A DNA stretch of 64,000 nucleotides from Takakia lepidozioides (taxonomy: Eukaryota; Plantae; Bryophyta): assembly GCA_030704615.1 (NCBI GenBank), contig CM060732.1, positions 38,812,001-38,876,000 of the forward strand, given 5' to 3'. Shown here one piece after another: positions 1 through 13,785 of this stretch. Numbering within the stretch: position 1 is the stretch's first letter; each line of letters opens with the position of its first letter. Both the position numbers and the translations under genes were made by a program. The notes under the pieces were generated by a model that was not told the origin of the DNA, ran no database searches, and was given only the letters and a program-made list of their open reading frames with translations.

Positions 1-1
1 T

Positions 2-790
2 GTCAGCCCAGAGGCTTTTAAGCGAGGGGAGCGTTTTTCGAATGGTCTCAGCAGTGTAATAAGAGACAAAGCTTCCGTAGCGAGTACAAGCAGAGTCGAC
101 AAACTATTGGGGCTGTCGTCTCTGGCCCATAGCACAGTAGGAGATGTGGACGACGTGAAAGAACTTGAGGAGGAGGACGTTTGGGAAACAGAGACACGGG
201 TGTGGCCTGAGGAAAAGGGTGAGGTCTCTGGTTACATCGGTAGTAGTAGTAGCAGTAGTTACAAAACAGATGGGGGTGACGCCTTCAGGTTCTTCAACAA
301 TGGGAGGCGCTGGTTGGGGTTGGAGAAGGATCCTGGGCTTTCTGGAGCTTTTGCTGATGGTGGTCGTGCTCGCGGTCTATCTGCTATCTCGCCTCTGAAA
401 CTTAGTGGATTGGGAAGTCCTTCTAGACAGGTTTCGAGCCGTGAAGGGACTCCCGGCCGCCTTGCCACTCCTTCACGCTTAATTCCTCACCTGGGACAAT
501 CTGTAGACAACGGGAGGCAAGTCCTGCACCAATCAGCTCCAGTAAACGTACCGGATTGGACGAAAATTCTTGGTGATGAGAAGAAGAGTGGACGGCGCTC
601 AGATGATCTGCTGGACGAAGACAAGGATGATGATGGGGATGATGCAAGGCTCCCACCCCATGAACTTCTTGCTAGAAGCCAAATTTCTACTTTTTCTGTC
701 TGTGAAGGTGCCGGGCGCACTCTGAAGGGCAGGGATATAAGTCGTGTGCGCAACGCAGTCCTCAGGCAGACAGGTTTCCTTGATTCCTGA
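2..790 (+). CDS. Senescence regulator S40 / DUF584 family protein (5'-partial; frame is open from the window start)
   Basis: Motifs [24 protein letters not shown] and the C-terminal [31 protein letters not shown] are diagnostic of DUF584. There is no stop upstream in frame back to base 2. Confidence 0.93.
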   Translation, partial: VSPEAFKRGERFSNGLSSVIRDKASVASTSRVDKLLGLSSLAHSTVGDVDDVKELEEEDVWETETRVWPEEKGEVSGYIGSSSSSSYKTDGGDAFRFFNNGRRWLGLEKDPGLSGAFADGGRARGLSAISPLKLSGLGSPSRQVSSREGTPGRLATPSRLIPHLGQSVDNGRQVLHQSAPVNVPDWTKILGDEKKSGRRSDDLLDEDKDDDGDDARLPPHELLARSQISTFSVCEGAGRTLKGRDISRVRNAVLRQTGFLDS

Positions 791-2599
791 TAGCATTTAA
801 ACGGGGTTTCTGGTGTATCAGTAGACTTTAGCGGGACTGGGAAGGTTCAATTTTGTAGTCTTGTTGTGTTGGCAGATCCTGATCAAGCAGCTAGTTCTCC
901 AGTCAGCTTTATTGTCGGTTGCTAGGCCAGGCTGAAAATCATCAGACTGGAAGTGTGTGACTGTGTTGATCTGTAAATGAACATGTCTTGTTGATCACTT
1001 TTACAGGTACAAAGATGTAAAGTTGACAATATGTGTCTGGTCCTGTACAATCGTCATTAGAAGTACGTCATAGCTGCAAGGAGCTGTGGTCAGATACTTC
1101 TGCTCTGATAGTTAGCTCGAAAGCACCCTGCCTGCAGCCCTCCTGATATCTGTGGGGCATAGAGGCCATTTTGTCTTGTCACAAAAGTGATTTTCTTTCT
1201 GGAATCAGAATGAATACATTGTTTGTCTCCTTGTTTATGCTGCACTCACACGAGTTTCATTTGTGTGGCAAATCTACCTGGAACTTTGAGATGCCTGCTT
1301 CCTTGAGCATGTTTTGCACTCACTGGCCCCTAAAACAAACCTCCTTCACCAGCCCTCAATGTATCTTGCAACCCAGTCCTCCTTTCATCAATTTGATCAC
1401 TCTCTGCTTTTATCTATCCAGTGGAGGTCGATTCTGAATCATGACAAGAACCTGTTGGCTTATTGCTATGGAATCCAAGATGTGTTACCAAGGTTGCCTG
1501 CTTGTGTATATTTCAAGGTCTCTGTGTAGTGCGTATTTGATGTGTGCTCCAACAAAGAAGCAAGAAGCTAGTTCAGTAGTTCGGTCGAAATTACAGACAT
1601 CATATGTCCTCATCCTTCAGATTACTCCCTCAAGTGCTCAGTTTAAAGTGGTGTAACTTGTATCCAACGTTTTGCTTGGTATCTCCTAACCCCTCCCCTC
1701 CGGCAATCATCCTTCTGTCCCTCTGGGGCAGTTTCTTCCAATTCATCTCAGATACTACTAAACCCTATCATTTTTATCTGATAGTATTACAAGTGCCCAT
1801 CTCAGTCATGTTACAGAATTGTCATGTTCATCGCTTGATGAAGCATATCTCAGCTCCATGCTTTCATATACCTGATAAGTTCTGTCTCTCTGGTGGTCAA
1901 TCTCTGTAACGTTGGCTGTCTCTCTGCTTGGAATTGTACCTCTTTTTTTGGCAACTGCTCTGTAGTGTTTTCCATTATGCAAAAATTTGTGTTTTTTGGT
2001 GTAGTGTGTCTCTTCAACAACACTGTTGAGTAATTCCTTTTTGCCCTAGTGCGTGCCAAGGGTGTAAAGGGTGGTGCACACAAAAAATGCCTTTGACAAA
2101 GTCTTCTTGTCTTTCTTGTCATTCTTTGATGATTGTTAATCATCTACAGACATTTCAACGGGAAGGCTCCATGAAAGACGACACCCCGTCCCCCCCACCT
2201 CTTCTAGGCAAGAGCCCGTAGGCATCAGCAGGCATTCTGAGGCACCTCATCAATAAGCCAGACTGCACTAAAAAAGGGAGGGACTCCATGACTTGATAGG
2301 AGTGAAGCTGACTTTTGTATGTGTCAATGTAGTCATGATCATCTTCATATTGATACTAAGTTAAACTCAACCGAACAAGCCACTCGAATAAGCGTGTTGA
2401 AAACCTGGAAACAGAAATCTGACAGACGGGCACGGTTGACGAGGCAAGGCCATGTTCATTAGCACAATGCGCTCATCGATTGGGGAGCCGTGCATTCCCG
2501 CCCCCATGTATTTGGGAAAAGTGACCAGTCATAAGCATTCCGCATGGCCCAGTTGTTGAACAGACACCACAGCTATGGGAGCTGTGCTCCCCCAAAAGT

Positions 2600-3110
2600 T
2601 CCTTGTGTCTAATGTACTTAGCCTACATTGCAATCCCCCTGCAAGTTGAGGACCTGCAAGACCTGCACCTGTCCGCTTCCACTGTGCAAAGGATTGGGTT
2701 ACTTATCTCAACGAGAAGTGTGTCCAGGGGCGACGCCTCTACAGCCATTCTCGCATAATCTGCACAGCATACTGACTTTGACCATCCTCCTAAACCCATT
2801 GTTCCGCTCATCATCTTCTCTGTTCCATACAAGTAAAAATCTCGGTGTCCCAAGCAACATCTCCAAATACTGATCTGGGTCCTCTCGAATTCGGAAATGA
2901 TGCAGTCAAATTGGGATTTGTGACATCCCACCAATCTAGCGCCCGTACGGCGCGCACGCACTCCACACCGGGGATGTGCAAATCCGGGTGCGAGAAATCC
3001 CACAAGACACAAGGCCCACAGCGCGCATCAAATCTTTGTCTACACTTGAGGCAGGATGGATTCGCTTGGATTCAACTCCTGCATCTACCTTTCACGTTTG
3101 GAGATGCTTG
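2600..3110 (-). mobile_element. Possible degenerate L1-type LINE 3' fragment
   Basis: Minus-strand HIPGVECVRAVRALDWW weakly resembles the zf-RVT HxxxxCxxAxxxW motif. Heavily decayed. Confidence 0.2.
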
Positions 3111-3599
3111 AATCCGGGCCCACCCCCCAACATCCAGTGTTGATATATTACCTTCTTGGAGGTAGTACAGTTGACACTACAGCTCAACTTGGGTTAACCC
3201 TTCTTGAAGGTTTCCATTGCATTATTTGACCACATTTCGTGATGAGTCCTAACCCTATCCCCCTTTTTCTCGTTTTCTTTTTTTCTTTTTTTTGGCAAAC
3301 AGGGTATCCCTTTTGTATGCCATAAACTCCTTGTGGGGTGGTAGCCTTGGTCTTCAGTGCGGTCTTATGGACAAAAGGAGTTGACGTTCCCTTTCCCTTT
3401 TTATACGTATAGATAGATAGAGGACTCCGGCCAAAGCTGTCGTAAGTAAGAGCTATGCCATATCCAGTGAAACTTCTATATATGTGTGTGTGTGTATATA
3501 TCATCGTCTATTCATATGGAGGTTGGGTAGAGCACAAGGTCATATTCCCCAAATTTCTGCAAAATTTTCGTGAAATTTCCACATCGAAATGACATTGGC

Positions 3600-6345
3600 G
3601 AAACAATTATGCAAAACTAACATATAAAGAACAAGTAGCCCCTATACCTGATGAACATATTAGCCTACAGGCGTGGCTTTTTCTCAATGCGAAACCCACC
3701 GTTGCTTAGGTTTGTGCTTTTCTCAATGTGAAATTCACCTAAATTATCATTTCTCACTGCAAAATGCAGTTTGTGCCCATAGCACATCTAATTTCTCAAT
3801 GCGAAATTCACCGCCGCTACTATAGGTTTAGGGTTTCTGGCTACACTAATGAAGGTTTCGCCTCGGTGAATTGGCACAGATGTACCGTACAAATGCACCA
3901 AAAACTACACCCGCTTACGGTTTTATTCCGTTTTGAAAACATATAACTCTTATGACCGAGGTTTAAAAACATAAAACGCCCATGACCATGGGTTGTGCTC
4001 ACGCTATGCTCAGAGGATACCAACCCTTTCCATATTAAGGTCTTCAAAAGCACAAATGTGGTTGCAAGTTCCACGTGTGAACAAGGGCCTGACCGGGGCC
4101 CATCTCCGGTGACCACACCGTGTGCAATGTGGTCGCCCTCCCCTGATTTGCGATCCACAATGAGTCCCATGGTCGCTCTTCCGCTTATTGTACAAAATCA
4201 TTCTAGTATTAGTATTACCATAGGAGGTTGGAGCACAAGGGCATATTCTGCATATTCGCCAATACCCATGGAATATTCCATGGGCACTCCCCCCCCAGAA
4301 AGAATCGCCCTTTAGAAACGCTAGGGGGTGGTTCCACGGAGACCATCCCATCCCCCTTAATTCATGGCACTTGGTGCCATGTGGGCCCGTGACATATTAA
4401 ATGATAATTACTAAATGATAATTAATTCAGCTTTGGGATGAAATTATCAATGTTTCCTACTCTTGGATGAAATGCAATGGTGTTCTAATAGGCTATGGGC
4501 CCGCTACAAGGGAAAGACAAACTACTTGTCAAGGGGCGCTGCTAAACTTGTTAGCCCCTTGTGAAGGGACGTCCTTTTTGCGCCACTTCGCAAGGGCGAT
4601 TTGGTGGGGGGCCTTAGGGAATAATGTGTTTTAGACCAGTAGGGCCTCGTTAAACGTGAGGGCAATTCACTTAGGGGCAATTGGGAGTGCCCATGGAACC
4701 TGGCACTAAATTTTGAAACTCAAAAACCTAGTTCACATGAGCATAATCATAACACATAAAGAACAAGTTGTAACCCCTATATATGATAAACATCTTATCC
4801 TATAGGCGTGGATTTTTCTCACACTATGCTCACACGATACCATGCCCTTCCGTAATAGGCCTGAGAGTGGGCGGTGAGACTTCAGGTCACCTTTTAAGGT
4901 CCTCAACCATGGATATTCCCGTAGGACAAAACTCTCACCCTTCAAACTACTTGTACATTTTCACATATATTTTCTAACTGCAAAATTGGAAAGAATAGGG
5001 TTTATGCTCGAGCTACCCGGAGAAATTTGCATCAAATATGCCATAGAATATCTTGGAACATATATCCTAAGCCATATCCTCCTCTCATGACAATATCTTG
5101 TACTGAACATCACAACATGTATACTATGTTAAGGCTGCCCATATATTGGGCATTGACAACCTACCATTGCTCTAGGCATACTCTGAATTCTATACTATCC
5201 ACACTATGTTTAAATTTCACTGTAATAAAGAGGACCTAAACCTTACATGACAGATGTGGGATTGTTGGGTGTTGGGATTTGGTATAAAAACTTGGAATTT
5301 AAGCTATACCACTAAGGGTTTCCCATTGCCGCCGCTACTATAGGTTAAGGGTTGTTGGCTATACTACTAAAGGTTTCGACTTGCAAAACCAAGGCGAAAC
5401 CCTGGTTGAATTAGGATTTATATGTGACCGTGTCTTTTGTTTTTCGTTGGAGATGAACCACGAACAATATTTTATTAGTAAAATAATTCCTTAAATATTT
5501 AATAGGTTCAGGTCACAATTGACTATTTGGAGAATGTTTATAAATGTAAAGATAGACCATCAGGTAGTTTATTGTATGGGCGCAGTTGTACCCTATAAAT
5601 GCACCAATCCCTAATATTTGCTATAAAAAAAAATTCGTTTGAAAACATATAATTCTTATTGCTGAGGTTAAAAAATATAAAACCCCCATGACCATGGGTT
5701 GTGCTAATGTCGCATGTGCTCAGAGGATACCAATCCTCTTACCCTAGGAGTCCATGCTACTCAGCATGCCCATGCTTTGTCTTGAAGAAGTGATCATTAT
5801 AAAGTGGGAGACTAATTTTAGTGCAGAGTAGGAATAGGGCCCTAATTAGGGCCCTGCCCTATGTGCCACATCATTGTTATTTCCCATGTCATCATCGTTT
5901 GTTTTAAGTTGCCCAAATTGCAACCAAAGTGAAAAATATTTGAAAAATTGTTAACGATTGGTGATCATGGGTCATAGATGAAAAACGATCATCCCGCCCA
6001 TAGTTGAATTTTTAGCATCTCGTTAATTGAATTGCTGAAATACTAAGAAATTAGTATATAAAGAAACTTGATAGTCTTATATATATTCATTTCATGTAAT
6101 ATAACATTCGTACACATCTATGATGCATAGATATTGAGGCAACATTAGGAATTATTTCTAAAACATACATTCAAATGAAACGAAATCTGAACACATTCAT
6201 ATATACTAGGGTAGCCTATGCCATTGGCCCAAGTATCTAGTGTAATCTAAGTCCAAGTGCAATCCCCTATGTATCCAGAAACCCTCATGTTTGGGATATC
6301 TAGGCCTAGGGTAGCATGTGCCATTGGCCCAAGTGTCTAGTGTGC
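3600..6345. repeat. Internally duplicated non-coding repeat, possibly a non-autonomous Helitron
   Basis: Direct duplications: ~3620-3690/~4755-4822, CGCCGCTACTATAGGTT at ~3813/~5330 and ~3935-4025/~5640-5735. Two tandem ends ...GCCATTGGCCCAAGTRTCTAGT at ~6220-6241 and ~6320-6341 resemble Helitron hairpin+CTAG|T 3' termini. Confidence 0.35.
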
Positions 6346-7078
6346 GCGGGGCTGGGCCGCGGTTTGGGAGATCTCAACTACAAAACAAACCAAACCAAAC
6401 CAAAACAAAACAAAACAAATGTCTCGCTCCAATCAAAATGATATAAAGGTTGAACTTTTTGTAGAACTTGATCCAACACATTTTTAGGATCTATTAGAGG
6501 TTATCTTTATGAGGTCTCATGTCTCCTCGTCTTTGGTCCGTGTCTACTAAATCTACGGTCTGTTGGATATATTTTGGATCTATATTGGGTTTGCTATGAT
6601 AGTTGGGTCCTACCGTGAATAATACTATTGTAGACTTCATGCAGTTGGAATCTACTATTATAAGTCCCATCAATGAGATCTCATCATCCTTGGTCAAGTG
6701 AATCTATTGTAGGTTTGTTGGATCTAATTTCAATCTATTTTGGGTTTGCTAATATAATCGGACCCTATTAATATAGGTCTCATGAATGAGATCTCATGGT
6801 CTTTCGTCAAAAGACGTAAATGTGCTATCTTTCGAAAGAAATTTGTCACCTAAAAACTTTGAATATTTTTCAATCATGGACAACACTTCCAATGGATTGT
6901 TAAAGAAATCATTTGTTTTCAAATTATAACATGTAGTGTACATACTATACCAATAACCGAATTTGAACTCGACACCCATCGCAATCAATTTCGACTGAGA
7001 TCTATCATCATTCCAAAACTCAAGTTGGAAAAGCATAAAGAGAAGTTCAAATGACGGAGAAAGATTGTCCATTTTCAT

Positions 7079-7320
7079 TGATAACAGTACAATAGAAGAA
7101 TAGTTGCTACATTGCTAGTGCATCACGTCTAGAAGCTCTCTTGCACTACACAGCTAGTCTGAGAAGAAAATGATCAACTACACATTGGAGGCAAGAACCA
7201 AGAACTCATTCTAAACCCTACAGAGAAGATGAGCGGGAACCCAAGGTGCCACGTGGTTGCATGTCTAGTAGTTTCAGTGAACGAACTGATTAATCATTAC
7301 GGTACTCAAATGATCCAACA
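7079..7320 (-). repeat. 3' LTR of the Copia element (~240 bp)
   Basis: On the minus strand the polypurine tract GAGTGGGAG is directly followed by TGTTGG at 7320. A candidate ...GTTATCA end lies at 7079. Confidence 0.65.
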
Positions 7321-10020
7321 CTCCCACTCGTTAACTGAAACATGTAAACAAGCTGTCAAAGAAATTCCTAGTAAATCTCCCACTGCTTGGTGAAATACTA
7401 TACAATAGCTCTGCTCCCACTGAATCTGGTGATCACGCATCTTGGGTGAGAGATGCCTTAGAGACCATGCCCATCATCTTGTGAAATAGGCAAAATTTCT
7501 CTTGGAAATTGTCTTGGTCATGATGTCAGCTACTTGCTCATTGGTATGCACATATGAAATGGTGATCTCATTGTTGCGATATTTCTCTCGTATGAAATGA
7601 TATTGGATATCAACGTGTTTTGTCTTCTTCCCATGTTCAGGGTTTTTGACAAGCTTGATGGCACTCTGGGTGTCCCCGTACAACATTGTCGGCTTCAACT
7701 ATGAAAAGCCAATGTTCGGCAAAAATCGATGAAGCCATATTGCCTGCCTGGTAGCCCCACAAGCAGCAATATACTCTGCTTCAGTAGTCGATATTGTTGT
7801 GCATTTCTGGTTATGACTACTCCACGCAATCATGGATGGTCCAAAGAAGAAAACAAAACCGGTTCGAGAGAATTGGTTATCTGGATCCCTGCATAATCTG
7901 CATCACAGTACCCCACGAGGATGGTGTAATCATTTTTTCCTCCATAAAGCAAACCATAATCACTAGTATCTTTCAGATACCGCTTGACAGCAGTCCAGTG
8001 GATTTTCTTGGGCTTGTTGGAATACTTCGCTGCATTGTTGACTGCATAAGTGATGTCAGGTCTTGTCAACATGGATGCATACATCAGGCACCCAATCGCC
8101 TCTTTATATGGCACTTGAAGATCTTCTTCATCATAGTCTTCTGCGTAGAGACTGAGTTGAACACGTGGGTCTGCGGGAGTACTGACCAAGGTAGAATCAT
8201 GCATATTGAACCTCTTGATTATCTCTTCCACATATCTCTATTGGGACAGAAAAATCTGACGAACTCCTCTGTATCTATGGATCTTCCATCCCACATATAT
8301 CCCACGTCTCTTTCAACAACTTGGAAAAATTGTCTCAAGTATGCAAGTATGTATTTTAGCTTTTAACGGTCTGCCGAACACGAGATTCCATCGTGTACCC
8401 AAATTCCAAGAATGGTTTCCACAAACCCGCTAATGTTTACTACTGTATACATACACGGATCTGCGGTGCTTGGGATAAGATTGTCTTTCACCAAGAATCC
8501 GTGGAATTTTTTATTCCACTGTCTGGCAACCTGCCGTAATCCATATAGACTCTACTTTAGCAGACAAACGCATTGTTTTCATCGATGAATCCTTATGGCT
8601 GTTGCATGAAGATTTCTTCCAGGAGGTCCCCATTCAAGAACGTCGTTTTAACGTCAAACTACTCTATCTCCATATCTTGAGAGGCGGTTATTGCAAAAAT
8701 CGCTCGAATAGAATCTTGTTGGATGACAGGAGAATATGTCTCGTCAAAAGCAATTCATGCCTTCTACGAAAACCCTTTGGCTACAAGTCTGGCCTTGTAT
8801 CTTTCAACATATCCATCCAACTTGTATTTTAGCTTATAAACCCATTTATTCTCCACAACCTATCGTCCTCGAGGTAATGGCTGTAGCTCCCACGTCTTAT
8901 TGTAAATTAGAGAATCAATCTCTTCCTGCATAGCTTTCCTCCACGCTTCTGCCTGCGGAGATTTCACAGTTTCTTTGTAAGATAATGGTTCGATGATCGC
9001 ATCATCATCCGAAGCAAAACATGCCTGAGATGAATGCTTCTGCGTCCTACTCATATCCCATTCACCAAACCGTGTTGGTTGTCGTCTCACTCTAGGAGCG
9101 TCAACTATTTCATGTAGATGCTCTTCTGAGTTTTCCGAATCATGTGACGCTTCGGTGAAATTGTTAGCATTGTCACTATTGTAATCAGCTTGAGAAGATG
9201 TAGGACTTTTGTCTTCAGAAACAAAGTTCTCTGATCCTGCATGTACTTCTTGAATTGGAATATTTTCGTCCTCCAATGTGGTATGGATGACCACGATCTG
9301 CTCTGGCATTGACTTCTTTGTGCTTGTGACATCAAACGACTCGTCAATAATAACGTCTATACTGATGTCAATCTTCTTAGTCCCTGGAGTCCAAAGTCAA
9401 TAGGCTTTGCTCTCATTGCTGTATCAGACAAAGATATGTTTCTCATTCTTAGCATCTAGTTTGGTTCGATACTACTTGGGAATGTGTTTGTATGCTATAC
9501 ATCCAAAAACACGGAAATAAGACACATCTGGTATCTTCTTGTGAATAATCTCAAATGGAGTCTTATCTCCAAGTCTCTTGTTAATCAATCTGTTAAGTAC
9601 ATGAACAATTGTACAAACTGCCTCTGCCCAAAGAGATTTAGGCAACTCTTGCGAGTGTATCATACTTCTCACTGCCTTAATAATGGTTCGATTTTCTCTC
9701 TCAATACATCCATTTTGTTCTGGTGTGTACGGGGCTAACAGTTCATGTCGAACACCCTTGTTCTTCAAGTAGGTCTAAAACTCACTACTAATAAACTCTC
9801 ATCCCCGGTCAGTGCTTAAATTGTCAATTCTTGTCTGAGCATATCTCTGAACCTCATGTTCAAGCTCTCTATAACATTCAAAGGCTTCTGACTTATGCTT
9901 GATAAAATAAACATACATATAGCCGCTTTGGTCATCCTTGAATAGAATAGAATATCTCATACCTCCCAGGGAATCTACGCTCATCGGTCCACAAAGATCT
10001 GCGTGGAAGAATGCCCCAAA
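7079..10020 (-). mobile_element. Ty1/Copia LTR retrotransposon, 5'-truncated and degenerate (integrase, RT, RNase H, 3' LTR)
   Basis: Integrase APYTPEQNGCIERENRTI...LPKSLWAEAV. RT region AMQEEIDSL...TWEL, PYKEAIGCLMYASMLTRPDI, GYCDADYAG. RNase H KKTKHVDIQYHFIRE...QVADIMTK. Multiple stops and frameshifts. gag and the 5' LTR are missing. Confidence 0.95.
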
Positions 10021-10871
10021 TTTATGCCATAAAATAAGTACTCATATTTATCAATCGACAATTCTTCTTAACTTTGTTATATATAAATAAATATAGGTGA
10101 TTTTTTTAATCTTAAATATTTAATCATTAAAAAAAATTATGTCTAGTAATATTCATTTTTTCAACTTTTCGAACCCTTTAGTTTTTCTTCAGATCTTAGA
10201 TCCCTTCATGTCCCTTAAGATCCATCAATCTATATATAAATTAAAAAATGATTTTTTTTTAAACAACTAAGTTGCAAATGAAGAACTCATTGTTTTTAAA
10301 GACTATAATTAATCAATATATTTAAGCTATAAAATAAATACTCAATCTTAATTAAGTATCTTAAATAAGTATTTATAAATACTCATACTCAAATATTTAT
10401 CTTAAATATTGAGTATCTTAATTAAGTACTTATATTTTTCGAGTTGAGCATAACAAACAAAAAGACTATATATCCTTCTATATATCCTTTATTTACCCAG
10501 CAGGTATAGAAAAGATAAATCATTTATCTTTATTTGTAAAACAATATTGGTATTCATCATTTATTCATAGAATAAATAAATGGACATATAAATAGTTTAC
10601 CCTTACTCAGAGGATCTGATTTTTATTTATCCTCACCTGGAGGGTAAGCAAAAATCTATTTACCCACACAACATTGTTTTGGACCAGTGTTGGATTGGTA
10701 TCATATATATATGTATACATATATGATGCCAGCCGAAGCTAGCATAAATAAGAGCCTCTTCCCCCTATGGGTGACTGGTATCAAGTTTGTTCCATACCGT
10801 CCTGGTACCAGACGTATCACAAAACTCTCATACCAGTCTGATCTATATAATGGTGGTTATATTTTTTTTCC

Positions 10872-11187
10872 AGGTACTGGGAAACAAGTCCATGGTGACA
10901 TCATCAAAGTTGGATTTGTACCAAATGTCATTCTGAACACTACCCTAGTGGACATGTATGCCAAATGTTGGTGCTGCAAGCCTGATGCGAAGGGAGAGTT
11001 CGACAATATGGCTGAACGAGATGTGGTGTTTGGAGTGTCATGATTGCAAGGTATGTGTAGCACGGGTATGGGAATAAGGCTTTGGAAACCTAAGAGCAAA
11101 TGATGTGGGAAGGGATGAAGCTAGACCAGGTCATGTTCATTTGTGTTTATAATATGAATATGCGAGCCTAGCAGCCCTGGGAATGGT
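10872..11187 (+). pseudogene. PLS-class PPR gene fragment, 5' part (interrupted by CACTA)
   Basis: GKQVHGDIIKVGFVPNVILNTTLVDMYAKC...FDNMAERDVV is a typical PLS PPR repeat. It has stops and frameshifts, and the reading continues after 31866. Confidence 0.85.
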
Positions 11188-11790
11188 CACTACAGCAAAT
11201 GAGGAGGGTTTTGCGACGCCAACCGCGCCCCCACGCCCCACGCGGCGCCGAGCCTGCGGAGTGTGTTTGCGACACCAGGCCGTCGCAGCCAAATCCCGCG
11301 GGTCGCCACCTGGCGCCGGGGCCAGGCGGCGACGCCTGGCCGTCGCACGAGCGGATGAAGGGCAAAAGGCATCCCTTCCGTGCGACGCCCAAGCATCGCC
11401 CCCCAGCGAAGGGCAGAAGGCAGCCCTTTCTGGCGACGGCCGGTCGTCGCACGCCGAAAAAAAAACCCTTTTTTGCCGTTTCTTTTATCGCAGCCCTTCC
11501 TTGCGATGCCTGGCCGTCGCATGATGGCATGAAGGACAAAAGGCCCCTGCAACGGCCGGGCGTCGCAAACTGCCCGACTGCCCTATTCTTGCAAAATAAA
11601 ACAATATGTCACAGTTTGTGACGGCTTGCCGTCGCCGTTGGCGACCCCCGGCCTCATAAATCCATTCAAAAAAACAAGTCATAGCTAGCGACAGTTGACC
11701 GTCGCCCCGTTTGCGACCCCCGGCCTTATAAATCCTAAAAACCGTGTCGCAGGAGGCGACGCGTGGGGGTCGCAAGCAGCGACGGCAGGG
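11188..11790. repeat. CACTA left TIR and GC-rich subterminal GCGACG/CGTCGC repeats
   Basis: Dozens of GCGAC/GTCGC motifs in both orientations, as expected for CACTA subterminal repeats. Confidence 0.85.
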
Positions 11791-11929
11791 CCTTCTAGGT
11801 TTAGGGCCTTTGGAGGTTCTCAGTTTTTTTTTTTTTTTTTCATATGGTACTGGGGTAGGGTGTGTTTGTTTTTCTTTATGGTTTAGCTTGTTGTTGTGGA
11901 CCTTCTTGGAGATTGTGACATTCATTTTG

Positions 11930-13785
11930 ATAATTCTCTTGATACCACATCTGTATGGAGTGGCTGCAAAATGAGATTCTCTCAGGGTTAGAAAGGAGCT
12001 TGAGGAGCAAGGTCGCATGCGCCATCTATGGGCCAAACAAAATGGTGTGGACCCAAAGGGTGTTGTACGGTGGAAGTATAGGCGCGCACCTTGGCAATGA
12101 ACAAAGGATGAATACAAGAAAGTGATAGTCACCATAAGTGTTGTCCGAACACCAACTAGTTATTCCGTACGAAGTTCAGCGAAGAAGACGGGGTCCATGG
12201 TTTGAAGTCTCATGACTACCACAATCTATTGCAAGACATCTTGCCCATTGCAGTACGTGGGACATTGACTCCCGAGGTTTATGAGACAATCTATAGATTG
12301 GGAGGCTTGTTGGTCCGGTGGATTTGCTCCAAAAAGTTGGAAGAAGCAGATTTTCCACGCATGAAGAAAGAGGCGACGGCGGTAATGTGTATGTTGGAGA
12401 TGCACATTTCTCCCTCCTTCTTTGACATCCAAGTGCATTTGGTAGTGCACTTAGTGGAAGAGGCTTCGATTGCCGGCCCTGTTCATTCTTGGTGGATGTA
12501 CTTCCTTGAGCGTTATATGAAGACTTTGAAAGGATTTGTAAGACAAATGGCGCACCCGGAAGATAGCATGGCGGAGGGGTATACGTTGCAAGAAGCTATG
12601 TTATATTGCACGGAGTACATGGCAAGGGTGGATGATAAAGCCCCTCGGATGTGGAAGGAAGAGGAGGATGCACGAACCAAAGACGTCGTTTTGCCCAAAA
12701 ATCGAAGAGGGTAAAATGCCGACCTTGATGATTGAGCAAACGCATGACTTCATACTGAATAACACCCCATCCATACATAAGTGGGAGACAAGATACAATA
12801 ATCTTGTTCAGCAACGAGAGGAGGAGACGCTTGCATGGAGGCAGAACCATCCAAGGCCGGTTACTAGACGTCCACGACGAGGAGCGGGCCGCCGCCATGG
12901 AATTGCAGCCTCTAAGTTCATTCCAACAGTGGCTTTGGACTTCAGTTTATGACGTCGTTGCTGAAGTAGAGGTGGTTTTAGATTTGGTGCAAGACATTGC
13001 AAGGGGCCCCTCTCAATTCGCGACCTCATAACGGCGGTTTGGGTTCACGATCATCATTTCCGCATTCGTGCTCTTGACATGAAGCGTAAAACAACCTTGA
13101 TTCTGGATTGTGTGCCACATATTGGCAAGACTCCGAGTGGGACAAGGGAGATACACGACCTGCTATAAGCAAACTTGAGTACATTGGAGAGCTTGAGAGC
13201 ATACTCCAACTTCAGTATACAAGATACTGACCTCTTCTCTTCAAGGGAAGGTGGTTCCAGCCACATCTTGTGGGGCCCTCCGCAACACTAGTGCAAGATG
13301 ATTGTGGTTTTATGTTCGTCAATGCAGATAGGCTCAACCCTACTCATCGTCCCTCCGATGAGCCTTATTCACGACCTTCAGATATGGAGCAAGTTTTTTT
13401 CTCCGATGACAAAACAAGAAGGGGGAATTGGAAAGTGGTTGTGCATGCTCAGCCAAGAAGAAGACGTATCTATCATGGTATCGGATCTCCATGGGGTGAG
13501 GCAATTGCGGTGGACGGAGAGACTGGTCATAATGATGCTGATGATGGAGGTTGGGTAAAGGGGGTAGAAGAACCGGACAATGCATCCTGGACCCTATATG
13601 ATGAAGCTCTAGAAGATACAGATGTTGGAGAACGAGACGAAGACACGGCCATTGACAACGAGGTGGAGGATGATTCGGAGGTGTCTTTTGAGGGCCGGGC
13701 CATTTATGACGATGACTTCGATGACCAAGAAGACTTGCAGCTTGATGAGGATGAAGAGGCTCCGGATGATGATGTTCAAAGTTGA
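11930..13785 (+). pseudogene. CACTA transposase C-terminal half (DUF4218/DUF4216 region), degenerate
   Basis: LKSHDYHNLLQDILPIA, PSFFDIQVHLVVHLVEEA..AGPV..WMYFLERYMKTLKGFVRQMAHPEDSMAEGY, then DDCGFMFVN...DEPY..PSDMEQVFFSDD...WKVV and an acidic tail. Stops and frameshifts are present. Confidence 0.9.

Noticed and set aside
6794-7078. 94-aa ORF next to the Copia LTR
   Set aside because: No recognisable domain, so it cannot be assigned.
11168-12135. Many overlapping ORFs in the GC-rich CACTA ends (also 31158-31952)
   Set aside because: Stop-poor subterminal repeats with no protein motifs.
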